Shown in pieces: positions 32,626 to 44,500 of a stretch of DNA of 49,152 bases (its first letter is position 1; each line of letters opens with the position of its first letter). A model generated the notes under the pieces. It had not been told where the DNA came from and did not search any database. It was given only the letters and a program-made list of their open reading frames with translations. Location: assembly GCA_004431415.1 (NCBI GenBank), contig QPMI01000229.1, forward strand, positions 1 through 49,152, written 5' to 3'. Origin of the DNA: Cyanophora paradoxa CCMP329 (lineage: Eukaryota > Plantae > Glaucophyta). The position numbers were made by a program, and so were the translations under genes.

Positions 32626-35522
32626 AGGTTTGGTACCGTGGAGAGGACGACGTCCATGGCAGACATGAGCCGCTGGCGCTTGCCCTTCAGCGCGAAGTCG
32701 GCCTGCGCGCGGCGCCATGATCGGGACCGGAGATCGACAGAGCGCCGTGGCGGGCACAGATAGGAAGGGCGGAACGATATAAAAGAACTAGTACGACTAG
32801 GTTAGAAAGGCCGCTATTAAAAGGCACCTCGAGGGCGGCGGCGCTCTCGCGGGGCAGCGGCTCCTGCGGGACCTTCCGATGGATCTCCTCCATGATCGTC
32901 CCCGCGCTGTGGGCCCGGGGGCGGAGGTCAGGACGAAATTCGGAAATTGGAGCAAAGCAGAGCAAAGCTTGGCTTCAGGCGCGCGCGCGCGCCTGGGGAA
33001 GAGCTCGAGGTGGTAGACGAAGGGGCGGACGAGGGCGCGGGCGCGGTCCTCGGGGTCCGCCTGCAGCAGCCGCCGCCCCGCGAGGGCCGCCGCCGCCAGC
33101 GCCGCCTCCGCCGCGCCGAAGTCGTAGTCGACGGCCCCGCGCCCCGCGCCGGCGAGGGCGAGGGAAGGCAGCGCGTGCCGCCGCGCGAACGCGTCGTCGA
33201 CTTCGAAGGCGCACAGGTCCGCCTCCGTCGCGTCCTGCGCGCAGCGGCCGCGGCCGTGAGCGGCGCCGAAATCGGCGGAAATGTAAGGGAAAGCGGCGAG
33301 CCTGGACGGGGACTTGTCCGAAGGCGGCGGCGGAGGTGGCGAGGAAAGCGACGGCGGGGTGGCCCTGCCGCGCCAGCGCCGCCGCCTCGGTCAGCAGGTG
33401 GTTCTGCACGCACGCGATCTGGTCCAGCCCGATGCACAGGAACAGACTGCGCGTGTGCACATCCAACAGGTGAGCCGCAAAAAACGCGCGAATTTTGCAC
33501 AGGAATGGCCCACCCGCTGTCCTTGCGCTCGGGGAGGCAGAGGGCGATCGCGGCATCACCCGCAACGGTCATCTCGGGCATAACCAGGTCGCCCAGGCAT
33601 TCGAAGCGCGTGACCTCCGGCCGCAGCTCGTTCCACGCCTCGACAAAGGCCGCGAACGACGCCTCCAGCGCCGCCCGCTCCTCGGGCGAGCGCTGCCACT
33701 CCTCGATGCAGCGCGCCACGGGCTTCTGCGCCGCCTCTGCGCGCGTGATCGCGTGCTGGAGGCGCGCCGCCACCGTCCGCGACCACTCCGCCAGCGCCCA
33801 CATGCGCCGCAGCGCGCGGGCGCCCCCCTCGCTCTCCAGCAGGAGGGCCAGCACGGGGAAGCGGCGGGCGTTCTCCGGGCGGAGGCGGAATGCGGCGCGG
33901 AAGCCGTCGGCGGAGCCGGCGTGCACGGTGGCGAAGACGCGCGGGAGGAACCGGCCGGCGTAGTCGCCCTGCAGGAGCGGCCCGAAATCCTCCAGGATTT
34001 CCGCCTCCAGCACGGCGGACTGCTCCGCGCCCTCCCGCGGGCGGCACTCCTCACGCACGGCGGCGGCGGCCGCCGCCGCGCCGGCCTCGACCAGCGGCTG
34101 CACGTAGCGATGCGCGAACTCGCGCTCAAAGTCCCGCCGGCCCTGCGCCGTGCCCGCCGCGGCGGCGGCGCGGGCGAAGGCGGCGCGGGCCCCGCCGGCC
34201 TGCAGGTCGGCGGCGAAGCGGCGGAGGATGCCGTGGAGCGCGAGGAAGACGGCCGGGTCGGGGTACACGGCGCCGAAGATGCGCCCCAGCGCACCGACGT
34301 CGCTAGCAACCATGAAAAGGCAGCTGCGCCCGTCGCCGTTGTGGAACAGAGCGCGGCCGCTCGACTCGGGCAGCAGCCCAGCGCGGGCGGCGGCCGCCAG
34401 CGCGAGGTACGTGAGGAGGTGAAGGGTGCGGAAGGCCGCCGGGTGCAGCCCGCGCTCCGTGTGGCCCGCCGCCCGCAGCGCCCCCGGGTCCTCCGGGACG
34501 ATGCCCGGCTGGTCGGGGTCGCCCGCCGGCTGAGCCGCCTCGTTGCCCGCCGCAGGCATGTGGTCCACGCCCCCGATCGCGTGCCCGCAGTTCGGGCACT
34601 GCATTACCTGCATGGGGCGGCCGCACGCGCCGACCGAGTACCTGCCGCCAACGGCGTCAGCAAAAACGCTAATATGGGGGCTAGTCGGCCCCGCGAAATT
34701 AAAACGCGATTTCGCACCAGTACCCGCAGGCGTGACGGTACCAGCGGTTCGTTTCGCGGAGGCCGTTCTCCAGAAGGGCCCGCGCGACCACCGCCTGCTC
34801 GTTGGAGGGCGCCCCCGGCACGAAGAGCGCCGCGGCTCGCCCGGGCTCCGCGAAGAGGGCGTGGAACGGGGATGCGTCGGCGGGGCTGGCGGCGAAGACG
34901 GACGCTGCGTGGGCGAGCAGGGCTGACAGGTGCACGTCGAAGAGGTCGCAGCCGGGATGCAGGTCCAGCCAGCAGGGCCGGGGCAGCGCGAAGGCGCCGG
35001 CGGCGGGCGGGGCGGCCGCGTCGGGCGCGGCGACGAGGGCGCGGAGGAGGCGGGCGGCGTGGCCCGGGGGCGGGCGGGCCTCGAGGAGCGCCTCCAGCGC
35101 GGCGCGGGCGGCGGCCTCGCGGTCCGTGGGGGCGGCCGAGGCGCGGGAGAGGTAGAAGCGGGCGAGGGCGGCCTGCAGGAGCCCGCGGGCGGCGCCGGCG
35201 TCGCCGCCGTGCGCGGCGGCGAGGACGGCCTCGAGGTCCTCGCGGGCCTCGCGGATGACGAAGGCGTCAAGGGCGCGGTCGGCCGCCGCGTAGCGCGCCT
35301 CGTTCGCGAAGGGGTCGACGTCGAGGCGGGAGGCGGCGGCGCGGCGCCACGGGAGCTGGCCGGCCCAGGACAGCCGCTGCGCGAGGTCCCGGCTGCACCA
35401 CGCGCGGAGCTCCTGCAGCGGGAGGCCCTCGGCCTGGTGCCGTATGGCGCGGAGCACGGCGACCTTGGCCGCTTCCAGGCGCGGGGTGCCTCCGCCGCCG
35501 CCGCCGTCGCCGTCGCCGTTGC

Positions 35523-35553
<31 letters not shown>

Positions 35554-38500
35554 GTCGCCGTCGCCGTCGCCGTCGCCGCCGCCGTCGCCGCCGCCGTCGC
35601 CGTCGCCGCCGCCGTCGCCGTTGCCGTTGCCGTTGCCGTTGCCGTCGCCGTCGCCGTCGCCGTTGCCGTCGCCGTTGCCGTTGCCGCCGTCGTCGCCGTT
35701 GCCGTTGCCGCCGTCGTCGCCCCTGCCGCCGTCGTCGAAGCTGCTGCCGCTGCCGCCGCCGCCGTCGCCGCCGTCGACGGCGGGATCGAGGCCCTCTGCA
35801 AGGGCGCGCTCCACGTGCTCGCACAGGTCAAAGCGCTGGCTGAGGGGCACGAGGAAGGGCGCCGCGGCGCGCGCGAGGGCCCGCACGAAGGCGGCGGCCA
35901 TCGCTAGGCGGAGGGGCGACCGGTCCGCCTCGGCGGGGTCGGATGCCAGGGCGCGGCAGGCGGCGAGGAAGCACTTGGCGAGCTCGCGCGATGCGCTGCC
36001 GCCGCCGCCGCCGCCGCCGCCGGTCGCGCACTCCTCGGGCCCGATGCGGGCGTACTGGGAGAGGAGCAGGAGGTCGCAGACAAAGGCCCAGGGCTCGCTG
36101 TCGGGCGGGTGGCCGTGGGCGGCCAGCGCGCCGTCTATGGCAGAGAGGGCCGGCGAGGCGGCGACGAGCTCGGGATCGAGGAGGGCGTCCCCGTAGAGCC
36201 CCAGGCCCGAGTCGTTGGCGTGCTCCTCGGCCGCGACGGTGAGGAGCGAGCGCAGGACGGCCGCCGAGCCCGCCGTCGCGCGGGGCCGCGCGCCCAGCAG
36301 GCGGTCCGCAATGATGCGAAAGAGTTCCGCAGAGTTCGCTGAGCTGTTGGTGGCCTCGACGCATCGGGCGAAAACGGCGCACTCAAAGCGGGCAAGGGCG
36401 GCGGCGTCGAGGTGCGCGGCGTGCCGGTCGACGGCGCCGAGGAGGCCCGCGACGAAGGGCGCGGACGCGGGGAGCGGAGCCGCCTCGCCCGCCTCGGTCT
36501 GCGCCTCCGCCTCGCGCCCCAGGTCGACGACCTCGCGCAGCAGCGCCCGGTGCTGCGGCCGCGGCGGCTGGCGGAAGCAGGCGGCCAGCTCCGTGCAGAT
36601 GCGGAGCAGCTGGAAGGGGGCCGTCGGGGGGACCTCGAAGGGGCCCCCTGAAGTGATCTGAGCCACGACGAAGCGTGCGGTCGAAAGCCAGTCCAGAGCG
36701 GCGCCGCCCGGCCCCGCCGCCCCCGCCCGCTCCAGAACCGAGCGGCAGACGCGGTCCGCGATGAAGACGCGCGTGCCTGCTGCGCCGCTGGCCCCGCCGG
36801 CGTCGCCGGCGTCGGCCCCACCATCGCCGATGACGTTCGGCACGCTCACGACGTCCTTGCAGGCGGCGAGGAGCGCGACACAGGCGCCGGTCTCCTTGGC
36901 GGCGCCCCACCAGAATGCGTGCACCTCGGCCGCGTCGGCGAAGGACGCCGGGTGCAACGAGCGCAGGAGCCACGTGACGACGCCCGCCGCCGTCTCGACG
37001 GAATCGAACGTGTCCGCCATCGACGTGCACGCGACCTGAGAAGCAGCTGAGGGAGCGGATAGTAGCAAGATAGAGCCGATGGGACAACGCACGCTGACGG
37101 CAAAGTCGGCGACGTAGGCTTTCATGCTCTGGAAGGCTGGGGACTGGGCGAGGCAGGGCAGTGTGGCCGCAATCACGATGCGCAGGTCCCGTAGGCAGTC
37201 GGACGTGGCGGCGGCGGCCGCCTCCTCCTCGTCCATCGCCTGCTCGTAGTGCCGCCGGAGCGCCTCGAGCTTGAGGCGGTGGCTGTCGCGGAACTCCTCG
37301 AGCCGCCCGAAGACGGCGCGCGAGAAGGGCAGGCGGCGCGGCGGGAAGGGACCCAGGACCGCGTAGCCCTCCACCCTCGGCTCCGGGATCGCGGAAAGGT
37401 CTTCCAGATCGATTCTGAGGTCGGAGGCGACGGGGTACCACGATTCGACGAAGGTCACGGGCTGCGAGACGAGCGTCGCGAGGGCCTCCTCCCTCTCGAG
37501 CGCGAAGACGATCTTCGCGAGGGGCGTGCGGATGTGGCGCCGCAGGCACTCCAGGACCGCCGTCCCCAGCGTCATCGACATCGCCAGGTCCTGCACATCG
37601 TTAATCGCACATGCTGCACGTTTCTTGCATGAAAGAAAAGCCGCACCTGGAAGTTGGAGGCGACACGCAGGGCCCACATCGCGTCGGCCTCCTCGTCGTG
37701 CCGGAGGCTGCCGACGATAATCGCCTGAAGGAAATTTCGGGCGGCCGGGGAGGCGCGGATGCCGGCCACGACGCCCTTGACGTGGTCGATTGCGTGCGCC
37801 GAGCGGCGGTAGCGGAGGGTCGAGAAGGCCCACTGGAGGACCTCGGCGAAGAGCGCGTCGAGGAGGCCGCCGCCGCCGTCGACGTCCTGGGCGCCCTCGC
37901 TCTGCAGCAGCTCCGCCACGGAGAGGCCGAGCAGCGACTGCACGTCGAGGCGCACGCGGCCCTCGGCGTCCACCGTTATCGGCTCCAGCGAGTCCACCGT
38001 CACCTACGAAGATGGGTTTAGAATAATAAAGCTTCGAGTGCGATGCAACGAAAAAGGCACCTGGCGCCACTGGCCGAGGTGGCTGAAGTCGGCGGAGCAG
38101 GCGGCGGCGGAGCGGTCGAGGTGCACGACAATGAGCGCGTGCTTCGGCCGCGCCGCCTCGCCGGCCTTGGCCGCGGCCGCGGCGTACTCGTCCCGGTGCT
38201 GGTCGAGCAGGTAGCGGGCGAGCGGGATGGTCGCCCGGTCGAGCTGCGCCGAGCACTGCACGACGAGCAGGTCCTCGCCCGACTCGCTGCTCCAGAACGA
38301 CTTCAGACGCGCGACGAAGTCCGCCTCGCGCTTGATCGCGCCCAGAATGACGACGGAGGGCCGGAGGCCGCCGACGCTGACCGACGCCGTCGGCTGCGAG
38401 AACGTGTACACGACAGCGGTGACGCCGGCCGCCCCGCCCCACGCCTTTGGGCGCTGCCTCCAGCCCTCGACCGCGGCTTCCATGAACGTGGCAAGCGAGC

Positions 38501-41500
38501 CGTGCTCCTGCTCGCGCCGGTAGACATCCGCGATGCGGCGCGCCGCCTCTGGGTCCGACGTGCCGAGGCGCGTCAGCGGCAGCCGAACAATGCAGTCTTC
38601 CGTCGCCGTGTTGATCAGGTCCGCCTTGCAGCGTTCCAGAACCGCCTCGCGAGACCGCGCGTCCGCGGGCCCGCCCGAGTGCAGGCGGACCAGGGACGGC
38701 AGCGTGTCGGCGTTGAATCCGCAGAAGGAGCGCTCGGGGTGACCCGGGTCAAAGCTGCTGTTAGGCACGTTGCACGCACTGACGTTCTCCACCCAGCGTT
38801 GGAGCTCGCGGATGAGCGAGCGCTGCTCGTCCGTGAGGATGTCCTCGTACGAAATGACCTGCTTCTCGAACCGGTTGAGGAACGGCGGATCTGCGGGGCG
38901 AAACAAGGCGTTCAGACGGCAGTGAGTGGAAACCCGCCTATGCGATCGCGAATTTCCAAGCGGACCCTGCTTCTCGACGTCGTCGCGGTCGACGACGACA
39001 ATGCAGCGGAAGAACTCATCGACGTGGCACATCGGGTTGGAGTAGGCGCCGAGCGCCACGCGGCAGTTGCGCTTGTTGCCCACGACGCTGTAGTTCTGGT
39101 TCAGCATGTCGTAGAGCGATCCGTACACGTTGAGGTCCTTCAGGATGACGCAGTTGCCGGCCTCCATCGAGAGGATGATGCGACTTAAGACGCGGTACAT
39201 GTAGTCCTCGCTGCCGACGTCGTCCGGGAACGCGCTGCCGACGATGATGACGAGGCTGCGGTTGCGGGCGGCGAGGACGGGCGCCAGCTCCTTCTGGAGG
39301 ATGCCCATCGTGGCGTCGCAGCCGGAGGCGACGAGAAGGTGGCGCGCCTGCGCCGAAACGATCAGGGAGACAGCGCATGGCGGGGCGGGGCGGGGCGGCC
39401 GCGGGCGACGCGGGCGGACCTCCGTGTCGAGCCAGTTCTCGCGGATGAGCTCCAGCACGGGCGGGCGCTCGTGCCCGCCTGCCGGCCTCGTGTTGCCGTC
39501 CAGGTGCAGGTGCCTCACGAACGACTCGATCATAGCCTGGGCGAGCTCACGGGATCCCTGCCCGCGCAGCTTCGAAGAGGGCAGCGCCGACAGTCCGCCG
39601 AAGTTGCGGTGCAGCGCGCGCACGACCGTCTGCAGCGTCTCCTGCGGCGTGCCGGGCGGTGCCTTCGCCAGGCTCTTGACCAAGCTGCTGAAAATCAGAA
39701 CGGCCGCCAAAAGCTCTAGCTGATTCTCGATTTTTCAATGCGCACCAGTAGTAGTCGCGCAGGCCGTGGAAGTTCTCGAACTGGTTCTCCTTCATCTTCG
39801 TCTGGTGCTCGTGGTACGCCCTCGCGAGCCCGCGCAGACGTGCATCGTCCAAGATGGACGCCCTGCTGCCTACCGCATTGTTCTCACGGCCGCCGTCGAT
39901 GATGGCCTTGGCGGTCCTGTAAAGGTCCTCCTCGTCGGGCTCGGGGCGGGAGAGGTGGATGGCGCGGTTCATCTTCGCCGGGTCCAGCTGCCAGTTGCTG
40001 ATCCCGACGACCGCCACGTCCGGGAAGACCTTCGGGTAGCTGCGCGATATTCAGTTGCGTAAATTGCACTCGTTTTTTATATATATAAAAAGAAGACGCA
40101 CCCGGGCTCGAGGAGGGCGTGTAGGACCTTGAGGGGGTTGAAGCGGGAGACCTCCGCCAGGCCGACCTCGTCGAGGAGCACGACGGGGATCGTCGCGGGG
40201 CGGCCCGCCTCGCCCTCCGCGCCGCCGCCGCCCGCCTCGCCCGGGTGCGAGCCCGAGCCGAACCTGCGCGCTTTCTCGAAGACCTTCAGGATGCCGTCCG
40301 ACGTCGACTGCTCGGAGCCCTGGAACGACACGAAGTAGAGCTGCGATTTTCGCGCGGATTCAGCCATCCGTGCGATTTCGCGCTCTGCGTTTTCGGTAGC
40401 GGCGCACCTGTGGCAGCGTGCGGAAGAAGGGGTCGCGGCTGTCGGGCCCGCGCAGGTTCGTGTAGATGAGGCGCATGGAGAGCGACTTGCTGCAGCCGGG
40501 CTGCTCGGACAATATCGATATCAGCGTTCCAGGCGAAACGAATCGACATGCGAAGCTGATTTCACCTTGCCGACAAGGAAGACGGGGATGCAGTGAATGA
40601 TGCAGATCAGCAGCACGAACACGTTCTCGAGCAGGGCCTCGTTCATCGCTGTGCCGGGCGGCAGCTCCATCCGCCGGAGGTAGTCGCGCTGCTCCCAATG
40701 GATGATGTACAGCAGATCGCTGGCCGTCCGGGCCGGCCTGAAGGTCCTCCCCAGCAACTCGCGGTAGCGTTCGCGCTCGTTGCGTCCGGCGAGGCGGCTG
40801 TGGTAGCAGTGCGCGAGCGCCAGCACAACGGCCCGCACGCGCACGGAATCCGAAGGAGCGTCGTCGAACCCAAAGGTCCTTTTGAAGAAGCCCCCTGAAG
40901 CGCCAAGGAAACCGCTGTTCTTACGGTCGATGTGAAGCCGCCGGTCGAGCAGGTCGAGGAACTTGCCCATCAAAAAGATGCAGCGGCGGACGTCGCGCAG
41001 GCTGATGCTGGAGAGCCCCTCGACGTCGGACATGAAGTGCTGCGAGGCGACGAGCAGGCTCACGACGAGCTGCGCCGTCACGCTGCTGTCGGGGTGGCGA
41101 CGGTCGCGGAAGAAATCGCTTGTCTCGACCATCGCCTGGATGTACTGCTCCTCGTCGGCGCGCGTCAGCGAACCGAAGTCCCACACGTAGTCCGCCAGCT
41201 TCTCGGGCAAAGGGTGCACGCGGTAGACGAGCTTCGACATTGGGTCGTCGCCCTGCTTCAGCTTCAGACCCGCCTGCCGCTGCTTCGCCACCTCCGCAGC
41301 CGAACGCTTCTTGTACGGGTTGCACGCGGCGAGGAACGCAATGTTGCCAGAGATGCGTTGGCCGTTGATGGTGTGCTGGCAGATGATCTCGCCCACCAAT
41401 CCGATCGAGTCGCTCGTGTTGATCTCGTCGAGAAAGACCCAGACGGGCTGTCCGTCGGCCGCCTGCTCTTCCGCTTCCTCGATCACTTCTTCGATGTGCC

Positions 41501-44500
41501 GCTCAGTGATACCGGCGTGGAAGTTCAGCACCTCGAAGCGCACGCCCGCCGCCTTCGCAAGAAAACGGATCTGAGACATTTGGGAGTCAGCGTCACTGCT
41601 AAATTTAGCAGAGCAACGTAGTGCGAGAAGCGCACCAGGCTCGTCTTTCCGCAGCCAGTCTCTCCCATCACGACGACCGGGACGCGGGCGCGGACGCGGG
41701 TGAGGATGAGGCCCATCTTCAACAGGTTGTCCAGCGTCATGACGTAGCCGTCCGTCTCCATGTCGGCCGCCCGCGTGCTGGAGGAGAGGAGCTTCATCAG
41801 CTCCTCGAGCAGCTCCGTCGGCTTCAGCGTGCCGTAGTTGGTGAGCCCGGGGTTGCTCCGGAACGACTGCGTTCACTTTATGAACGAAAAACGCCTCTCA
41901 AAGACATGGACGCTCACCTGGCTCTCGATCAGGCGCCTGACGGAGTCGGGGACGCGGTTCGGATCGCGGTAGAGCGCCGTGATGGAGCCGACGGGGTGGA
42001 AGAGGACGAGCAGGTGATTGTTCTCCTCCGCTGACCACTGCACCAGGCGGGAGAAACGGTCGACAAGCCGGTCGATGTCGTCCATCGTGGCGCCACCGCT
42101 GTGGACCGCCGCCTCGTTCGACTGCTTGAGGCTCGCGAACTCGGCGGCCATGTCGATGAGCGACCCGAGGAGGAGAGCGCGAACGTCGCCCGAGTTGCCC
42201 GCCATCGCGAACGCGAGGTTGCGCACTCTGAAGAACGGACTCTTGGAGAACGAGATGAGCTGGCAGGCGAGCACGTTGATGAAAGTGCGCAGAGCGGAGA
42301 ACGACGCGTTCCGCGGCACTCGAGCGTTGTCGAAGAAGTACTTGTGCAGAAGCGCGCGGCACTCCTGCAGCGGAATCGGACGGATCCCAGCTGCAGATCC
42401 AGCGTTCCGCTGAACAACGGCAACATCCTCAATCGACAAACGACCGCTTTCCAGTGCTTGCAGATATCTAACGGGAATACCGAAGGAGATTTGAGAGACG
42501 TTCACGTCGACATGGGAAAATTAAATAAATACATCGCACCTGCAGACAACTTGATCGGGGCTCGATGGTACAGTGCTGACAGCGATACGGTCCGTCGACC
42601 ACTGGAGGCGCGTGTGCGGAAGACAGCCACAGAATGAAAGAGACGAGAGGAGCGAGCCGCTCGCAGTGTTGCCAATCTCGACGTAGACGGGAAGGTCCGA
42701 CAGGTGGAAGGTCTCGTCTCCGGCCGATGCAGAGCGGAGGAAGAGCAGCTCCAGCAGGAACAGGTTCAACGCCTGCGGAGAGTCCACCGGGCCCACATCG
42801 ATGTGCAGCGCGTCGCGGGCGGAGTCCAGCTCGAGCTCATTTAGGCGCCTGGCAAGCGACTCGGCACTGAAGACTCCGCTGATGGTGAGAATGTGAGGCT
42901 CGCGGCCCTGGCGGAAGCACTGTAGGCGGATCTCCTCCGACTTGCCAAGGCCGGCGGCCGCAGACGTGTACAAGGTAACGTGCGGCAACAGCTGCTCGGC
43001 GACCTCACGCATGGCGTCCTCGCCGAGGCCAGTCGTCGGGACAACGGAAGAGGCGAAGTCAGTGAGGATCTGCGACTGCTCGGACGCTGCGCCACGGCGG
43101 CAGCAGACGATGGCGAGGCGGAATGGGTTGAAAGCCGCCTCCTGCTGCAGCTGGCGGACGAGCGCAGAGAGCTCAATCTGGAGGTGGTAGTCAAGAAGCT
43201 CGGCGTTGACGATGCAGAACAGGCGTTCCGAGAAGCCATTCTTTGACGCGTAGCGGCAGCGTTCAACGAGAAGATGCACATCCTCCATCGTGGTTGCCGG
43301 CGAGCAGAAGAGCACCTGGCTACGCGCCGGGACGTGCCCGTCGTTCATGCACAGCGAGAAGAGGGCGTTGACGACTTGCTCGGGGCGGTCCACGGCGGCG
43401 ATGAACAGACGAGCCCGCTCCGCATGCTCCGCGTGCTTTGCTCCGCCTGAGCGCGGCCGAGGGAACGCCTTTGGTGCAGCTGCACGCGTGGCTTCGTGAC
43501 CAGCGCAGTACCCAACGAATTCGGTGACCAGCTCGAAGCATTCCTCGGGCATTTCAGTGTCACGCATGGGATGCTCCGTTCTGCACTGCGCCCGAGAGGC
43601 CTCGACTGCCTGCACGTTGATGCCGGGCTCGAACTTGCGCAACAGGTTGCAGATTTGGATCGTATCGCCCTCCTCGAGCTGATCGTCTGACTTGTCGACG
43701 AAATCGAAGATTGACCAAATCTGCCGGGCGCGGAAGAAGAGAAGGCAGTAGCTCTTGCCCCGAGCCTTGTCCAGATCGTCGGAGCACTCGTCCCGGTGGT
43801 GCTTCAGCTGGCCGAGAAGGTCTCGAAGATCGTCGATGCCCTTCGCTCTCGCCGACCACTCCCGGTAGTGCCCCGAGAGACTCTGAAGATCAACAAGAAC
43901 GCCGAAGACCTGTGCTTAGGGCAGTCAGCATAACCAGTTCATTGCATAAAAAACCGGCACTCCAGATCAAAACATACACTTTGTTGCTTAAATGGCACTA
44001 GAAATGCAGCAAATTTAAAACCACCTCACCTCCTCTGCGAGCGAGCTCTCTTCGATGAACTTCTGGGAGAGGGCTTTCTCGGCGTCGTGGTGCTCGTCCT
44101 GTTCGCCTTGCCCGAGGTCGTTGCGCGAACGCGAGCTCAGAATCAACAGCGCCCGGCTGCGGATGTCCTGCAGCTCGTTGAAGTCAATGACCCGGCTCTC
44201 GTTCTCGCGCCGCTGGGAAGGGATCTCCAATTCGAGGCGGGCGGAGCCGCAAGCTGCCGTGAAGAGGTACACGCCAGACTGGACGGCGTCCCGCACGGCA
44301 CTCTTTGTCACTTCGCTGCGGTTGGCGATCGTATCGTAGAGGCGCTCGAGGCCGTGAAGGTTGGCGCTGCAGACGTGAATCTTGCCGGCCATGGTCTTCT
44401 TCCCGGGCCGATCCAGCAGAGCTTTGAGGAAATCCGTAACAGAGGCACTGGCCGCGGAGAGTTTGAACAGAGGCTGCAGGTAGCGGCGCACGTCGATTAG

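Noticed and set aside
32928-35907. Poly-Ala/Thr, poly-Arg, Pro-Ser and Ala-Val repeat proteins (antifreeze- or extensin-like) in alternative frames
   Set aside because: These are other readings of the same triplet repeat. The Gly/Asp frame is the one continuous with RNF213-like sequence on both sides.
38004-43642. Dynein heavy chain or midasin
   Set aside because: The motifs SNWQLDPAKMNR, GLRDYY, GSAFPDD, CRVALG and the downstream RZ finger point to the RNF213 family.
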